Below, piece after piece: positions 30,679-41,203 of a stretch of DNA of 64,000 bases. Location: positions 88,298 through 152,297 of the forward strand of contig CAVZMJ010000004.1 in NCBI GenBank assembly GCA_963776315.1, read 5' to 3'. Position numbers and translations under genes: made by a program. The notes beneath the pieces were generated by a model. The model was not told the DNA's origin. It saw nothing but the letters and a program-made list of their open reading frames with translations, and did not search any database. The stretch is from an uncultured Acidobacteriota bacterium (GTDB taxonomy: Bacteria > Acidobacteriota > Vicinamibacteria > Vicinamibacterales > 2-12-FULL-66-21). Each line of letters opens with the position of its first letter. Position 1 is the stretch's first letter.

Positions 30679-32620
30679 ATGATTCGATCCGCTTACGTGC
30701 GACTCGCATTCGCCCTGCCTTGCATTGGCGCGGTCGCGGCAGTCATTCTCGTGGGAGCGCGGACGGGGACGGCGACGCTCGCCGGCCAGACCCAGGCGCC
30801 TGAGGCGATCCGCCTCGTTCCGCCCGACCTGCAGGACGCATCATGGCTGCTCAAGCTTCGCGACGAGCAAATCAAGTCAGCTGCAGGCGTCGCGGCGTTC
30901 CACGACTTCCAGTTCACTGACCGCCTCGCCGAAAGCGGCATCGCATTCAGGCACCGCGTCGTAGACGACGCCGGCAAGACGTACAAGGCGGCGCACTACG
31001 ATCACGGCAACGGCCTCGCGATTGCCGATGTCGACGGTGACGGCCTCCTGGACATCTACTTCGTCAACCAGGTCGGGGCCAACGGCCTCTGGAAGAATGC
31101 CGGCGGCGGCAAGTTCCAGGACATCACGGCGGCAGCCGGAGTAGCGGTGCCAGGCAGGGTCGGCGTGTCCGCGTCGTTTGCCGACATCGACAACGACGGG
31201 GACGCTGACCTCTATGTCACGACCGTACGCGGCGGCAACGTGCTCTTCGAGAACGACGGCAAGGGACGCTTCCGCGACATCTCCGCGGCGTCCGGCCTCG
31301 GCTACGTCGGGCACTCGTCGGGCGCCGTGTTCTTCGACTACAACCGCGACGGCCGGCTCGATCTGTTCCTCGTCAACGTCGGCAAGTACACGACGGACAC
31401 GATTGCCGGCGCCGGCTATCAGTACTACGTGGCGTACGAGGATGCCTTCTCCGGTCACCTCAAGCCGGAGCGGTCCGAACCGAGCATCCTCTATCGCAAC
31501 GAGGGCGGCAACCGCTTCGTCGATGTCTCGAAGGAGACGGGTCTGGTCGACACGTCGTGGTCGGGCGACGCCAGCGCGGTCGACGTCAACGACGACGGCT
31601 GGCTCGATCTGTATGTGCTCAACATGCAGGGCGACGACCAGTACTACGAGAACGTCGATGGCAAGCGCTTCGTCAGGAAGAGCCGTGACGTGTTTCCGCG
31701 CACGTCGTGGGGCTCGATGGGCATCAAGGTGTTCGACTTCAACAACGACGGGCGCCTGGACATCTTCATCACCGACATGCACTCGGACATGAGCGAGATG
31801 GTCGGTCCCGAGCACGACCACATGAAGTCGAACATGAAGTGGCCGGAGTCGTTCCGCGGCGACGGGACGACGAGCATCTGGGGCAACTCGTTCTTCCTCA
31901 AAGATGGTCCGGGGAAGTACCGCGAAGTCTCCGAGGCGATCGGCGTCGAGAACTACTGTCCGTGGGGGCCGAGCATCGGGGACGTGAATGCCGACGGCTT
32001 CGACGACGCGTTCATCGCCTCCGGCATGAATTATCCGGAACGCTACATGGTCAATGCGCTGAAGCTCAACGACGGCGGCCGGCGCTTCGTCGACGCGGAG
32101 TTCGTTCTCGGGATTGAGCCTCGGAAGGGCGGCATCGTGACGCCGTGGTTCCTGCTCGACGCGTCAGGCAAGGACAAGGATCACCGGGATGCGGCCGGCG
32201 CGACGGGACGGCTCGGCATCTGGGGCGCCCGCGGCACGCGCTCGTCGGTCATCTTCGACGTCGACGGCGACGGCGATCTCGACATCGTCACCAACGAGTT
32301 CGGGACGTCGCCGATGGTGCTGGTCAGCAACCTGAGCGAGAAGACGCGGGTGCGCTACCTTGCGGTGGCGCTCACCGGGACGACGTCGAACCGCAACGGG
32401 CTTGGCGCCGTGGTCCAGGTGACGCGCCGGCGGGTCCACCTACACCAAGGTCCTGGACGGGAACTCCGGGTACCTGTCGCACAGCCTGTCGCCCCTGTAC
32501 TTCGGGCTCGGCGCGGCCGAGGCCGTCGACAGCATCGAAGTCCGGTGGCCGTCAGGCAAGAAGCAGATCGTTCGACCGCCGTTCACGATCAATTCGCTGG
32601 TCGAGGTGCGCGAGCAGTAA
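30679..32620 (+). CDS. CRTAC1-family protein (FG-GAP/VCBS repeats plus ASPIC/UnbV C-domain); one frame change near 32425
   Basis: Repeated 'DVDGDGLLDIYF', 'DIDNDGDADLY', 'DYNRDGRLDLF', 'DVNDDGWLDLY', 'DFNNDGRLDIF' and 'DVDGDGDLDIV'. The C-terminus 'YTKVLDGNSGYLSHSLSPLYFGLG...IEVRWPSGK' reads in another frame and ends at 32620. Confidence 0.8.
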
Positions 32621-32633
32621 GCGCGCCGCGTCG

Positions 32634-33574
32634 CTACTGCGCTTCCGCGTAGGCCGATCGCGCCGCGGCGGCAAGGCCGTTGGCCCGTGGCCACTCCGGA
32701 TGCTGCGCCTGAAACTCGGCCTGCACCGCCTTCGCTGTGTCGTCCGCCGTCTTCCCCTCGGCCTTGAGCGCGCGCGCGCGCGCCTGGACGCCCAGCATGA
32801 TGGTGCGATTGGTGGCGATGATCGTGCCCGGTCCGACTTCCCCATGGGCCGGAACGACAGTCTGTGGCTTCAGCGCCTCGAATGTGTCGAACGCCGCGAG
32901 CCACGCCTTCATGCTCGAGACGGGGCCCGCCGCGAGAAACGAGTTGTTCATGACGACGTCGCCGGCGAAGAGGACGTTGTCGCCCTCGACGAAGAAGCCC
33001 GTGTCGCCCTTCGTGTGGGTCGGGCCCGACCACCATGAACCGCACCTTGACGCCCCCGAGGTCGAGCGTATAGGTGCCGTCGAACGTGATCGCCGCCGGC
33101 CGTCGCTCGGCATCCTTCAGGATGTCGGCCGTCGCCTCGGATCGTTTCGAGAACATCTGCACCATCTGCATGCCGCCCTGCTCGAACTCCGCCTCCTGCA
33201 CGTCCGAGTTGACGTATTTCGCGGACGGCGGAAATGCGATGTAGCCGGTCGTGTGCTCGGCATGGAAATGTGTCGACGCGATGTAGAGCTCGGCGTTCTT
33301 GCTGACCTTGGCGACCTCGCGCAGGATCGTCTCTCCGTTCCTGCGCCCGAGGCCTGGGATCGATCACGAGCGTCGCGCGGGAGCCGACGACGATGCCGAC
33401 GTTGGGGACGAGGCCGACGTTGCCGTCAGGAATTACGTAGGTGTGCGCCGCGAGCTTGACCGTCGTGTTCTCCCTGACCAGCGGGTCCGGAGCCGGGCCG
33501 CGCTGGGCGGCGGCAGTCGAGACGGTGCAGGCAACAGCAGCGATCGACAACAGAGAACGAGAGAGAATGCGCAT
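32634..33574 (-). CDS. MBL-fold metallo-hydrolase, secreted; two frame changes near 33360 and 33040
   Basis: Signal peptide, 'ATLVIDPGLG' and 'STHFHAEHTTG' (an H-x-H-x-E-H metal motif), then 'KGDTGFFVEGDNVLFAGDVV' and 'VVPAHGEVG', spread over three minus frames. Confidence 0.75.
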
Positions 33575-33596
33575 GATCAGGTTCCTCTGACGGACA

Positions 33597-34807
33597 CTAT
33601 GGACGAACGCTTGGCGTGGACGGCTTCACCGGACGATATCCCACTGCGGCATACTGGGACGCTCGAGGAGCGAATTGCGCATCGAAGCGGGGATCGGGAG
33701 GATCGAACGTATTCGCGTCCTTGTTGATTCGTCCGCGGAGATCGTTGATGTCGCCGTGAATGAACGATCCGCGGACGCCGGAACCGTCCGTGATGTCGAG
33801 CTCGTAACGGGAGCCCGATGAGATCCCTCCCTTGAGCGTGTTCTTCCAGAAGATCGAGTCGACGTAGGTGCTTCCCGTTCCGTTGTCGTCGACGCCGTTC
33901 CAGTTGCCCGTGAACGTGCATCGGCTCACGGTGGCACGAGACCCTTCGAACACCGTCAGGGCGCCGGAGCCGTTCTCCGCAAGATACTCGGCGCCGCCCA
34001 GCAGGCCGACATAATCGACGCCCATGTTGGACACGTTTCCGACGAACAGGCAGTTCTCGAGCGTGGCGGCGCTGCCGTGCAGCAGATCGAGCGCCGCGCC
34101 GGTCGTTTGAGTCAGATTGTCGCGAAAGATGCAGTGCCTGAAGAGGGCAGAGTCCTGCGTCTGCCCGAGGTGCTCGACGGAGACGCCGCCCCCGCACGGG
34201 CTCGCGTAGTTCTCGTAGACCTCGACCGATTCAATCGTCGGATACGACCGGGCGTAGATCTTGATGCCGCCGCCGTCGGTATAGAAGAACGCTGTCTTCC
34301 GCAGGTCATCCGACTCGATCGGCGACTTCTCTCCGGAGCCCGTCGTGAAGTTCCTGGCGCCGGTAATCTTGAAACCGCGAAAGACAGTTTTTCGCGACAC
34401 TCCGTCGCCGAAGTACACGACATGGTTCACGACCGCTGGATGACTCGGCGCTCGAGTGTCCGAAATCTCGGGGTTGGCGGCGGTCAGGATGACGTCGCCG
34501 ACGGCTTCGAGCGTGATGCCGTCGTGTCGGGCGTTGAACCAGACGAGCGCTTGTCCCTTGACGCGTGGGCGGTAGGTTCCCGCATGGACGAAGACCGTCT
34601 TCCTGGACGGATCCTTCGCCGCGGCTTCGAGCGCGTCCTGGATCTGGGCCTTGGGGTAGACGTGATACCCGTCCGCTCGTGCTTCGATTCCGGCGAGGCT
34701 GACGGCGCGATGGCTTTGTCCTGCCCAGCCACGCGGCGGACGGGCACGACGCACGCCGCCAGCAGGAGCTGAAGGAACGTGCGCCGCTCGTCCTGCCTCG
34801 TCGTCAT
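33597..34807 (-). CDS. Right-handed parallel beta-helix repeat protein (pectate-lyase-fold), secreted; one frame change near 34700
   Basis: Signal 'MTTRQDERRTFLQLLLAACVVP'. The body shows repeated 'F..C.F..N' turns ('LFRHCIFRDN', 'LENCLFVGN', 'VSRCTFTGN') and 'GGGIKIY'. Confidence 0.65.
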
Positions 34808-34869
34808 TGGAGCTGGTGTTCCGGGGCCACGTGACGCCAATTTAGCATGAGACGGCGAGGGGCTGTCCC

Positions 34870-35200
34870 GCGGCTGGCGGCTCGCAGCTGGCTGTTGCTA
34901 GATCGAACCGCTTGCAGCTCGGGGCTGGGGCAAGCAACAGCGAGCAGCGAGCCGCCAGCAGCTCGCGCCTCGCGCCGCTTGCCAGTGACCGCCAGGTTGC
35001 TAGCCCCAGCCCTGAGCTGCCAGCCCAGCCCCGAGCCGCAAGCACAAACGCGAGCCACGAGCGGTTTCGACTTAGCAACAGCCAGCAGCGAGCAGCCAGC
35101 CGCGAGCGGTTGTCAGGCAGGGTTGTCAGGCAGCAGCTCGTGCCTCGGGGCCAGCAACAGCCAGAAGCGAGCAGCCAGCCGCAGATTCGAATCGGCAGTA
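34870..35200. repeat. Intergenic block of GCAACAGCCAGC(N)GCGAGC-type word repeats in both orientations
   Basis: For example, 'gcaacagccagcagcgagcagccagccgcgagc' at 35075-35107, 'agcaacagccagaagcgagcagccagccgcag' at 35152-35183, and a reverse-complement copy near 34877-34898. It fills the divergent region between the beta-helix gene and the DmpA gene. Confidence 0.8.
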
Positions 35201-35230
35201 GACTGACCACCGACCCGCAAAGGAGCAAGC

Positions 35231-36313
35231 GTGACAGATTACACGCGACGAGAGTTCGGTCACACGGTGGCCGGTGCGGTGGCGGCGTCACGCGTGCGCC
35301 GCGCTGCGCAGACGCCTGGGACGACCGCAGGATCGCTGACCGATGTGCCGGGTCTCAAAGTCGGTCACTTCACGGACACGCGGCGTCCGACGGGCTGCAC
35401 CGCCATCCTCTTTGACACGGCTGCCGCTGCGGGTGTGGACTACAACGGCTCTGCGCCTGGCGAATCGCAGGTCGTCATGCTGCAGCCGGTCAGCCCCGTC
35501 GAGCGCATCCACGCGCTCTTCCTGACCGGCGGCGGCATTTTCGCTCTCCCGGCGGCGGGCGGGGTGCTGCGCTTTCTCGACGAGCGCAAGATCGGCTTCG
35601 ACTGGGGCACCCCAGACCTCAGGATTCCTATCGTCGTCTCGGCGGTCATCGACGATCTCGCGGTGGGCAACCCGCGCATCCGGCCCGACGATGATGCCGC
35701 CTACAAGGCGTGCGCCGCCGCCACGACCGCACCCGTGCCCGAGGGCAACGTCGGGGCCGGCGCCGGAGCGACCGTCGGCAAGATGCACCGCGGCCGCGGT
35801 CTGGGCGGGATGAAGGGCGGATTGGGAACGGCCAGCCTCAAGCTCGGCGACGTCGTCATCGGCGCGCTTGCGGTGGTCAACGCTGCTGGCGACATCCTGG
35901 ACTGGCGGAGCGGCCGAATCGTCGCGGGCGCGCGCCGGCCCGACGGCAGCTTCGCCGACAGCGTGGAGGCGATGCGCGCGATCGTCACGCGCGCGCCGGG
36001 TGCGGCGCTCGAGGATCCAGCGCTTCGCAGCACGACGCTCGTCGTCGTCTCGACGAACGTCGACTTGAACAAGACCATGCTCACGAAGCTGGCGATGATG
36101 GCCAACTGCGGCGCGGGCCGCGCCATCCGTCCGTATCACACGACCGGCGACGGCGATCAGCTGTTTGCGGTCTCGACGGGCCGCCTTCAGCGAACTGATC
36201 TTGGAGTGACGATCCTCGGCGCGCTGGCCGCGGATGTGGTCGCGGAGGCGATTGTGCGCGGCGTGCGGGCTGCTACGGGTGTCGAGGGGTGGCCTGCCGT
36301 GCGGGATCTCTGA
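35231..36313 (+). CDS. P1/S58-family peptidase (DmpA-like L-aminopeptidase/D-esterase)
   Basis: 'LTDVPGLKVGHFTD...PTGCTAILF', 'NVGAGAGATVGK' and 'GGLGTAS' are typical of DmpA/S58. It has a GTG start and a Tat-like leader. Confidence 0.8.
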   Translation: MTDYTRREFGHTVAGAVAASRVRRAAQTPGTTAGSLTDVPGLKVGHFTDTRRPTGCTAILFDTAAAAGVDYNGSAPGESQVVMLQPVSPVERIHALFLTGGGIFALPAAGGVLRFLDERKIGFDWGTPDLRIPIVVSAVIDDLAVGNPRIRPDDDAAYKACAAATTAPVPEGNVGAGAGATVGKMHRGRGLGGMKGGLGTASLKLGDVVIGALAVVNAAGDILDWRSGRIVAGARRPDGSFADSVEAMRAIVTRAPGAALEDPALRSTTLVVVSTNVDLNKTMLTKLAMMANCGAGRAIRPYHTTGDGDQLFAVSTGRLQRTDLGVTILGALAADVVAEAIVRGVRAATGVEGWPAVRDL

Positions 36314-36377
36314 CGTCTGCCCGGCGGTGCCCAAGAGCTTCTCACCGCGGAGGGCGCAGAGTTCGACTAGTACGGAG

Positions 36378-37781
36378 CTACCGCGGATATGCCGCCAGGC
36401 GCGCCCGCAAGTCGGCAACCGTCGCGGCATGCCGGGGATCCGCCGCGAGGTTGGTTGTCTCGGCGGGATCGTTCTGCATGTCGTAGAGTTGCGCGCCCTC
36501 TGTCCCTCCATCCCACTCGATGTATCGCCAGCGATCGGTGCGGACGGCATAGCCGTTTCGTGTCTGGGAGAAGGCCGCATCTTTCACCGTGGCCGAGGGG
36601 TTGGCGAGCATCGGCGTCAGACTGACGCCGTCGAGTGCCGCCGGTGTCAGGCCGGCCAGGGCGGCCAGCGTCGGATAGAGATCCACCAGTTCCACGACGC
36701 CACGAGCCGTCTGTCCGCGCGCCGCGCCCGTCGGCGCGGCGATGATGAGCGGCACCCGCGCGCTGCGCTCGAACAGGCTCTGTTTCTGCCACAAGCCATG
36801 GTCGCCGAGGTGGTAACCGTGGTCGCTCGTGAAGACGACGATGGTGTTGGAGGCGAGTCCAAGGCGATCGAGCGCGTCGAGCACGTGTCCTACCTGCGCG
36901 TCCATGAACGTCGTCGACGCGCGGTACGCCTGGATGGCTTCCTTGCGCTGACGATCGGTCGCGGCGTCCTGCTCGTTGAGCGCGCTGCGATACGCGGCGG
37001 CCGGCGTGCGGGATCGATCGGCCTCTGAGAGCGCCGGCAAATCAATCCGATCGGCGGGATACATGTCGAAATACTGTTTCGGCGCGACGTAGGGTGTGTG
37101 CGGCCGATAGAAACCGACGGCCAGAAAGAACGGCTGGCTGTTCCGCTTGAATCTTTCGAGCAGTCGGACCGCTTCGGCGGCGCCAATGCCGTCGGTATAG
37201 TCGGCATCTTCGCCTTCGTCGGCGAGCCAGCTCAGTGTGCCCCCGAACTGTCCAGGTCTGAGGGAGAAGATGCGGTCGTGGATGTCGCGATCGCGTCCGC
37301 GCGGGTTGATCGCCAGGTCCCACGAGCGATAGTCGTCGAGGCTCGACGTGCCGATATCGTTCGGCACGCCGTAGTGATAGAGCTTGCCGACGCGCGCAGC
37401 GAACCAGCCCTGGTTGCGAAAGAGCTGCGGCATCGTCACTGCGTCCGGCAGACGCTCCCGAAAGTGAGGCGAATTCGGATTCTTCAACGGGGTTGGATTC
37501 GCCAGGACGCCGGTGGCGTTCGGCCGTCGGCCCGTGAGGAACGACGAGCGGCTCGGGCTACAGAGCGGGAACTGCGTGTAGGCCCGCTCGAACTTCACTC
37601 CGCGCGCCGCCAGCTTGTCGATGTTGGGGGAGCGGACCGAGGCGCCGTAGATGCCGAGGTCGTTGTTCAGGTCGTCGGCGATCAGAAACAGCACGTTCGG
37701 CCGCGATGGCTGCGTCGAGACGTGGCCCCCGGATACGAGCAGGATCGCGAGAAATGCCAAACAACGCAGGGTCGGAGGCAT
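36378..37781 (-). CDS. Sulfatase (type I, formylglycine-dependent)
   Basis: 'PNVLFLIADDLN' and 'PLCSPSRSSFLTGR' (the C-x-P-x-R maturation motif). A signal peptide starts at the ATG at 37781 ('MPPTLRCLAFLAILLVSG'). Confidence 0.85.
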   Translation of the reverse strand: MPPTLRCLAFLAILLVSGGHVSTQPSRPNVLFLIADDLNNDLGIYGASVRSPNIDKLAARGVKFERAYTQFPLCSPSRSSFLTGRRPNATGVLANPTPLKNPNSPHFRERLPDAVTMPQLFRNQGWFAARVGKLYHYGVPNDIGTSSLDDYRSWDLAINPRGRDRDIHDRIFSLRPGQFGGTLSWLADEGEDADYTDGIGAAEAVRLLERFKRNSQPFFLAVGFYRPHTPYVAPKQYFDMYPADRIDLPALSEADRSRTPAAAYRSALNEQDAATDRQRKEAIQAYRASTTFMDAQVGHVLDALDRLGLASNTIVVFTSDHGYHLGDHGLWQKQSLFERSARVPLIIAAPTGAARGQTARGVVELVDLYPTLAALAGLTPAALDGVSLTPMLANPSATVKDAAFSQTRNGYAVRTDRWRYIEWDGGTEGAQLYDMQNDPAETTNLAADPRHAATVADLRARLAAYPR

Positions 37782-38143
37782 GGACACCTCGGCGGAGTGA
37801 TGAGGCGCTACTTTAGCGTACAAAGGGGCACTGGACGGCTTGTTCGGCTCGCGTAGCCGGAGCACACGTTTCTGTAGAGCGGCAGGACCGAGTCACCACT
37901 GGCGGCGAGGAGGCCTCCCGATCTGTCGGAGAACCGGCCCGCGCCGCTCGCGTCGAGCGAGAGTCCACGGGACGGCCAGCGGCCGCGGACGGTTCAGTTC
38001 CGCATCAGGATTCTCATCAAGTAGAAGGACAAGGTCGTCAGGTCGGGGAAGACGACCGTCGAGATTCAGCGGGGATGGGGTGTCCAGGCTGCTGAAGTCC
38101 TGCACGGTCAACACGTGCTGACCGTGCAGCTCCCATCCGGCCA

Positions 38144-39109
38144 TCAGTTCGCCGTCAACGCGCGAGCAGCGGCGTCGGCCACGATGGTGTGGCCGGCCCG
38201 CGTCGGGTGAATGCCGTCCCAGAACAAGTAACGGTTCGGCGTCCGGCAGAACGGGTCGCGAACCACGCCGAACGTCAGGCAGGCGTCCTCGGCGTTGGTC
38301 AGCCCCACGGCTGCGGGGTCACTGACGATGGCCGTCAGCAACGCGTCGACGTCAAGGCGCACAAAACGGATGTCGGGAAGGCCCTGGCCGAGTGCGTCCA
38401 GCGCCTGTTTCAGCCCCGTGTTGTAGGCGTGTGTAAGAAACGTCGCACCGGCTTCCGCAGCGGGACCTGCTGCCCGGACGGCGGGGGTTAGCGCGAGGTT
38501 CGGAATGTTCAGGACCAGGAAAGTCCGCGCACCCGAGAGCCACAGGGACTGGATGTTGGTCGCGACCGATCCGAGAGCGTCTGCGAGGATGGCCTGGCTC
38601 GTCGCCCCCGTTGTGTCAAACGACAGGGCGTTGAGCGCATCGTTGAGGTCGTTGGCGCCGATCCAGATCGCGTAAATGGCCTCCGGTGGCGCGACACCGT
38701 GGAAGTCGCCGCGGAGCCTGCCCGTTTGCGTGGAGAGATCGAAGTCCGGGAACACCGGTGCCCCGGCGCGGGCGCGGGCTCGGCCCACAGCGTAGTTGGT
38801 GAAGACGCCGCCCGCGAGTAGCGCCGGTAGTCCGCTTTTCGGGCTGTGCAGCATCCCCGCGAGCTGCTCCGCCCAGGTCGCGCCGTTGCTGAAATGCAGG
38901 CCGCCAACGGCGTATGGCGCGTCCGGAATGGGCTCGAACGGCCGCTGCGAGATCTCCCGAAAGGCGATGAAGTAATTTCCGGAATCCGAGAGGCTGTCTC
39001 CGAAGAAGAACACGCGCAGGTTCTGGTGCGCGGATATCCTCGGCGCCGGAGACAAGAGGAACAGGAGCGCCACGAGCAACGCCGACAAATGAACGCGGCG
39101 AGAATTCAT
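38144..39109 (-). CDS. SGNH/GDSL-family lipase or esterase, secreted
   Basis: 'FFFGDSLSDSGNYF' is block I with the Ser nucleophile and 'FWDGIHPT' is block V (D-x-x-H). There is a signal peptide from the ATG at 39109. Confidence 0.85.
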   Translation of the reverse strand: MNSRRVHLSALLVALLFLLSPAPRISAHQNLRVFFFGDSLSDSGNYFIAFREISQRPFEPIPDAPYAVGGLHFSNGATWAEQLAGMLHSPKSGLPALLAGGVFTNYAVGRARARAGAPVFPDFDLSTQTGRLRGDFHGVAPPEAIYAIWIGANDLNDALNALSFDTTGATSQAILADALGSVATNIQSLWLSGARTFLVLNIPNLALTPAVRAAGPAAEAGATFLTHAYNTGLKQALDALGQGLPDIRFVRLDVDALLTAIVSDPAAVGLTNAEDACLTFGVVRDPFCRTPNRYLFWDGIHPTRAGHTIVADAAARALTAN

Positions 39110-39395
39110 GATTCGCCTCCTTGCCGTGCGCACTGCAGCAAATGGGGTACCGCCGCAAGCCGAGTACCACGTGGAGGGATCGTTCGGGCCGATCCATTGC
39201 GGATCTGCGAGCAGCTAAAGATTTGTCACGGCCGCGTGGACGTGCGGCGCCGGTTGGCGTGTGGTTGGCGGGCTCTTTGGAGCTTCGCCGGTGCGCACTC
39301 CTTCGGAACGAGTGCGGGTTTTCAGGCGCACTGGAGTGGCTGAGCTTCCGCGCAAAGCTGCGGCTGGCTTTGTTTTGGCAGAACAGTCGCCCAGT

Positions 39396-40451
39396 TCAGA
39401 CCGGGGCGGATCCAGATCCGCTGGCCTTCCCGGCAGCGTTTCCGGCGACGAACTTTGGACCGTACGTAATCGAGGGGTACTCGCCCGTCATTCGCCGGAA
39501 ATCGTTGAGCGACCGCTGGAACTGCAGCGTCTTCACGACGTTGTCGTGATTCGGCATGATGCGGGCGCGGTTGTAGAAATCCCTGTCGAGCAGGTCCAGG
39601 ACGTCCATGGCCAGCGAGAGCGGCGCCGTGATTTTCACCATCGGCGACGCGGGGCTGGGCCGGTAGTAGGGCAGATCCTCAGTCGGGTCCGCCAACATCT
39701 CCTGCCAGATCGCGTCCACCACTTCGTCCATCTTCTCGAATCGGCGCAATTTCTCCCACCCACCGCTTGCTTCACGGTCGAGCAGGAACAAGCCGTCTTG
39801 ATTGTGGAGAAACGAGTTGCCGGCACGCGGCGCCGTGACGTGTATCAGGCGGGGCTGCCTGCCTTTCTTGACACGAAGTGCCGCAGCCTGCCTTACCAGC
39901 GACAGATCGACCGCCCACACACCGAAGCGCTCCGCACCTTCCACTTTCTTCGGATCTCTGGCGTCGTCGGCCGCAAAAAAAGCGGCGATGAGCGCATTGT
40001 GCGTGATGTCGAGAAGGCGCGTCGGTACGCCGTGGTGCTGAGCGATGGCCAGCGTCTCGAGCACGTCTTCCTGCGGCCAATCGTCACTCGTCCAGCGCTT
40101 GTCGGTCGTGGGCGGAAGTCTGAAGTGCTGCGCGTCACCGGGGACGGAGAGACCGACCCGGTCGGCGAGGTACAGGAAATGCTGAATGAGCTTGAATTCG
40201 CACCAGTGCTGATGGCGAAGTTCCGAAATCGGCGCCCTGAACGTGGAGTTGGCATAACTGAGGAGGGTCCCGTCGCGGAAGGCGGATGGGAGGAGATCCC
40301 ACTCGGCATTGCCCTGCCCGCGGAAGCCCCAGTCCCACGCAGGTTGACGGCCCCAGAGTTCGTGCGTGATACGGAGTCGCTCGACGAATTCCGCCGCCGT
40401 CCTGCATGCGATCTCCTGCATGACTTTTTTGCTCCGGCGCGAGAATAGCAC
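39396..40451 (-). CDS. FRG-domain protein
   Basis: 'FRGQGNAEWDLLPSAFR', 'AQHHGVPTRLLDIT' and 'NSFLHNQDGLFL' fit the FRG-domain motif order. It has a GTG start and visibly lower GC than its neighbours. Confidence 0.7.
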   Translation of the reverse strand: MLFSRRSKKVMQEIACRTAAEFVERLRITHELWGRQPAWDWGFRGQGNAEWDLLPSAFRDGTLLSYANSTFRAPISELRHQHWCEFKLIQHFLYLADRVGLSVPGDAQHFRLPPTTDKRWTSDDWPQEDVLETLAIAQHHGVPTRLLDITHNALIAAFFAADDARDPKKVEGAERFGVWAVDLSLVRQAAALRVKKGRQPRLIHVTAPRAGNSFLHNQDGLFLLDREASGGWEKLRRFEKMDEVVDAIWQEMLADPTEDLPYYRPSPASPMVKITAPLSLAMDVLDLLDRDFYNRARIMPNHDNVVKTLQFQRSLNDFRRMTGEYPSITYGPKFVAGNAAGKASGSGSAPV

Positions 40452-40548
40452 ATTGGGCTCGGACCGAATGCGTTCAACAAGGTCGCCGGTTCGGGCAAGA
40501 CGACCGTCGAGATTCAGCGGGGGACAAACAGAGGAGAGCAGTGCGACA

Positions 40549-40868
40549 TCATCCCTTCGCTCGAATCAGGGTTGCCCGGGAACCGCGTTTCCTTTGTCGA
40601 CTCTTACTGAGTTGCTTCAGACCATCTCGATTGCCTGAAATCAAGGCGTCTTTCTTACTTCTACTCCAGCGCTTCAGCTGACGCTCTCGCGCTATGGCAC
40701 TGTCTGTCGAGGGTGTTGTTCGGAGTAGGCGAGGCTGACCGGCCGTCGCACGGCAGTGTGTCGACTACCTAGACCATCGTTATGCGACTGGAGCCTGTCG
40801 ACGATGTCCGTCGTGTGGCCAATGTAGAGCGTGTCGTCTGAGCAGCGAAGGATGTATACCCACGCCAT
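40549..40868 (-). CDS. GIY-YIG nuclease-family protein (UPF0213-like); one frame change near 40710
   Basis: 'WVYILRCSDDTLYIGHTTDIVDRLQSHN' is the GIY-YIG core. The C-terminus 'AIARERQLKRWSRSKKDALI' reads in another frame. Confidence 0.75.
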
Positions 40869-41066
40869 GAGACGACGATGCCATCGTCGGACCTCTTGGG
40901 ACAAGTCCTTCGGCTCGCTGCGCTGGATCAGGAGTTCGGGGAGGTAATGTCACGAGCGAGGAGCCCTTCGACTCGCTTCGCTCGCTCAGGGCATTCGACC
41001 CGTCAGATGGCCTGCCATGAGCGAACCTGGCGGTTCGCCGTGAGGCGGACCGTCAGGTGAGTCGAA

Positions 41067-41153
41067 TGGTGCGAAAGGGGGGATTCGAACCCCCACGCTC
41101 TTGCGAGCGCCAGCCCCTCAAGCTGGTGCGTCTGCCAGTTCCGCCACTTTCGC
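41067..41153 (-). tRNA. tRNA-Leu (anticodon GAG), CCA encoded
   Basis: Acceptor GCGAAAG/CTTTCGC, anticodon stem CCAGC/GCTGG with loop TTGAGGG, a long variable arm and T-loop GTTCGAATC. Confidence 0.9.
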
Positions 41154-41203
41154 GAGGGAGGGTGACTCTTCCGCCCAAAGGCGGAAGCTACGGTGCTCTC
41201 TTC

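Noticed and set aside
37893-38144. The 83-aa ORF upstream of the sulfatase as a real gene
   Set aside because: No family motif, an Arg/Pro-rich tail and no convincing ribosome-binding site. It is retained only as the context of the 26-bp direct repeat.
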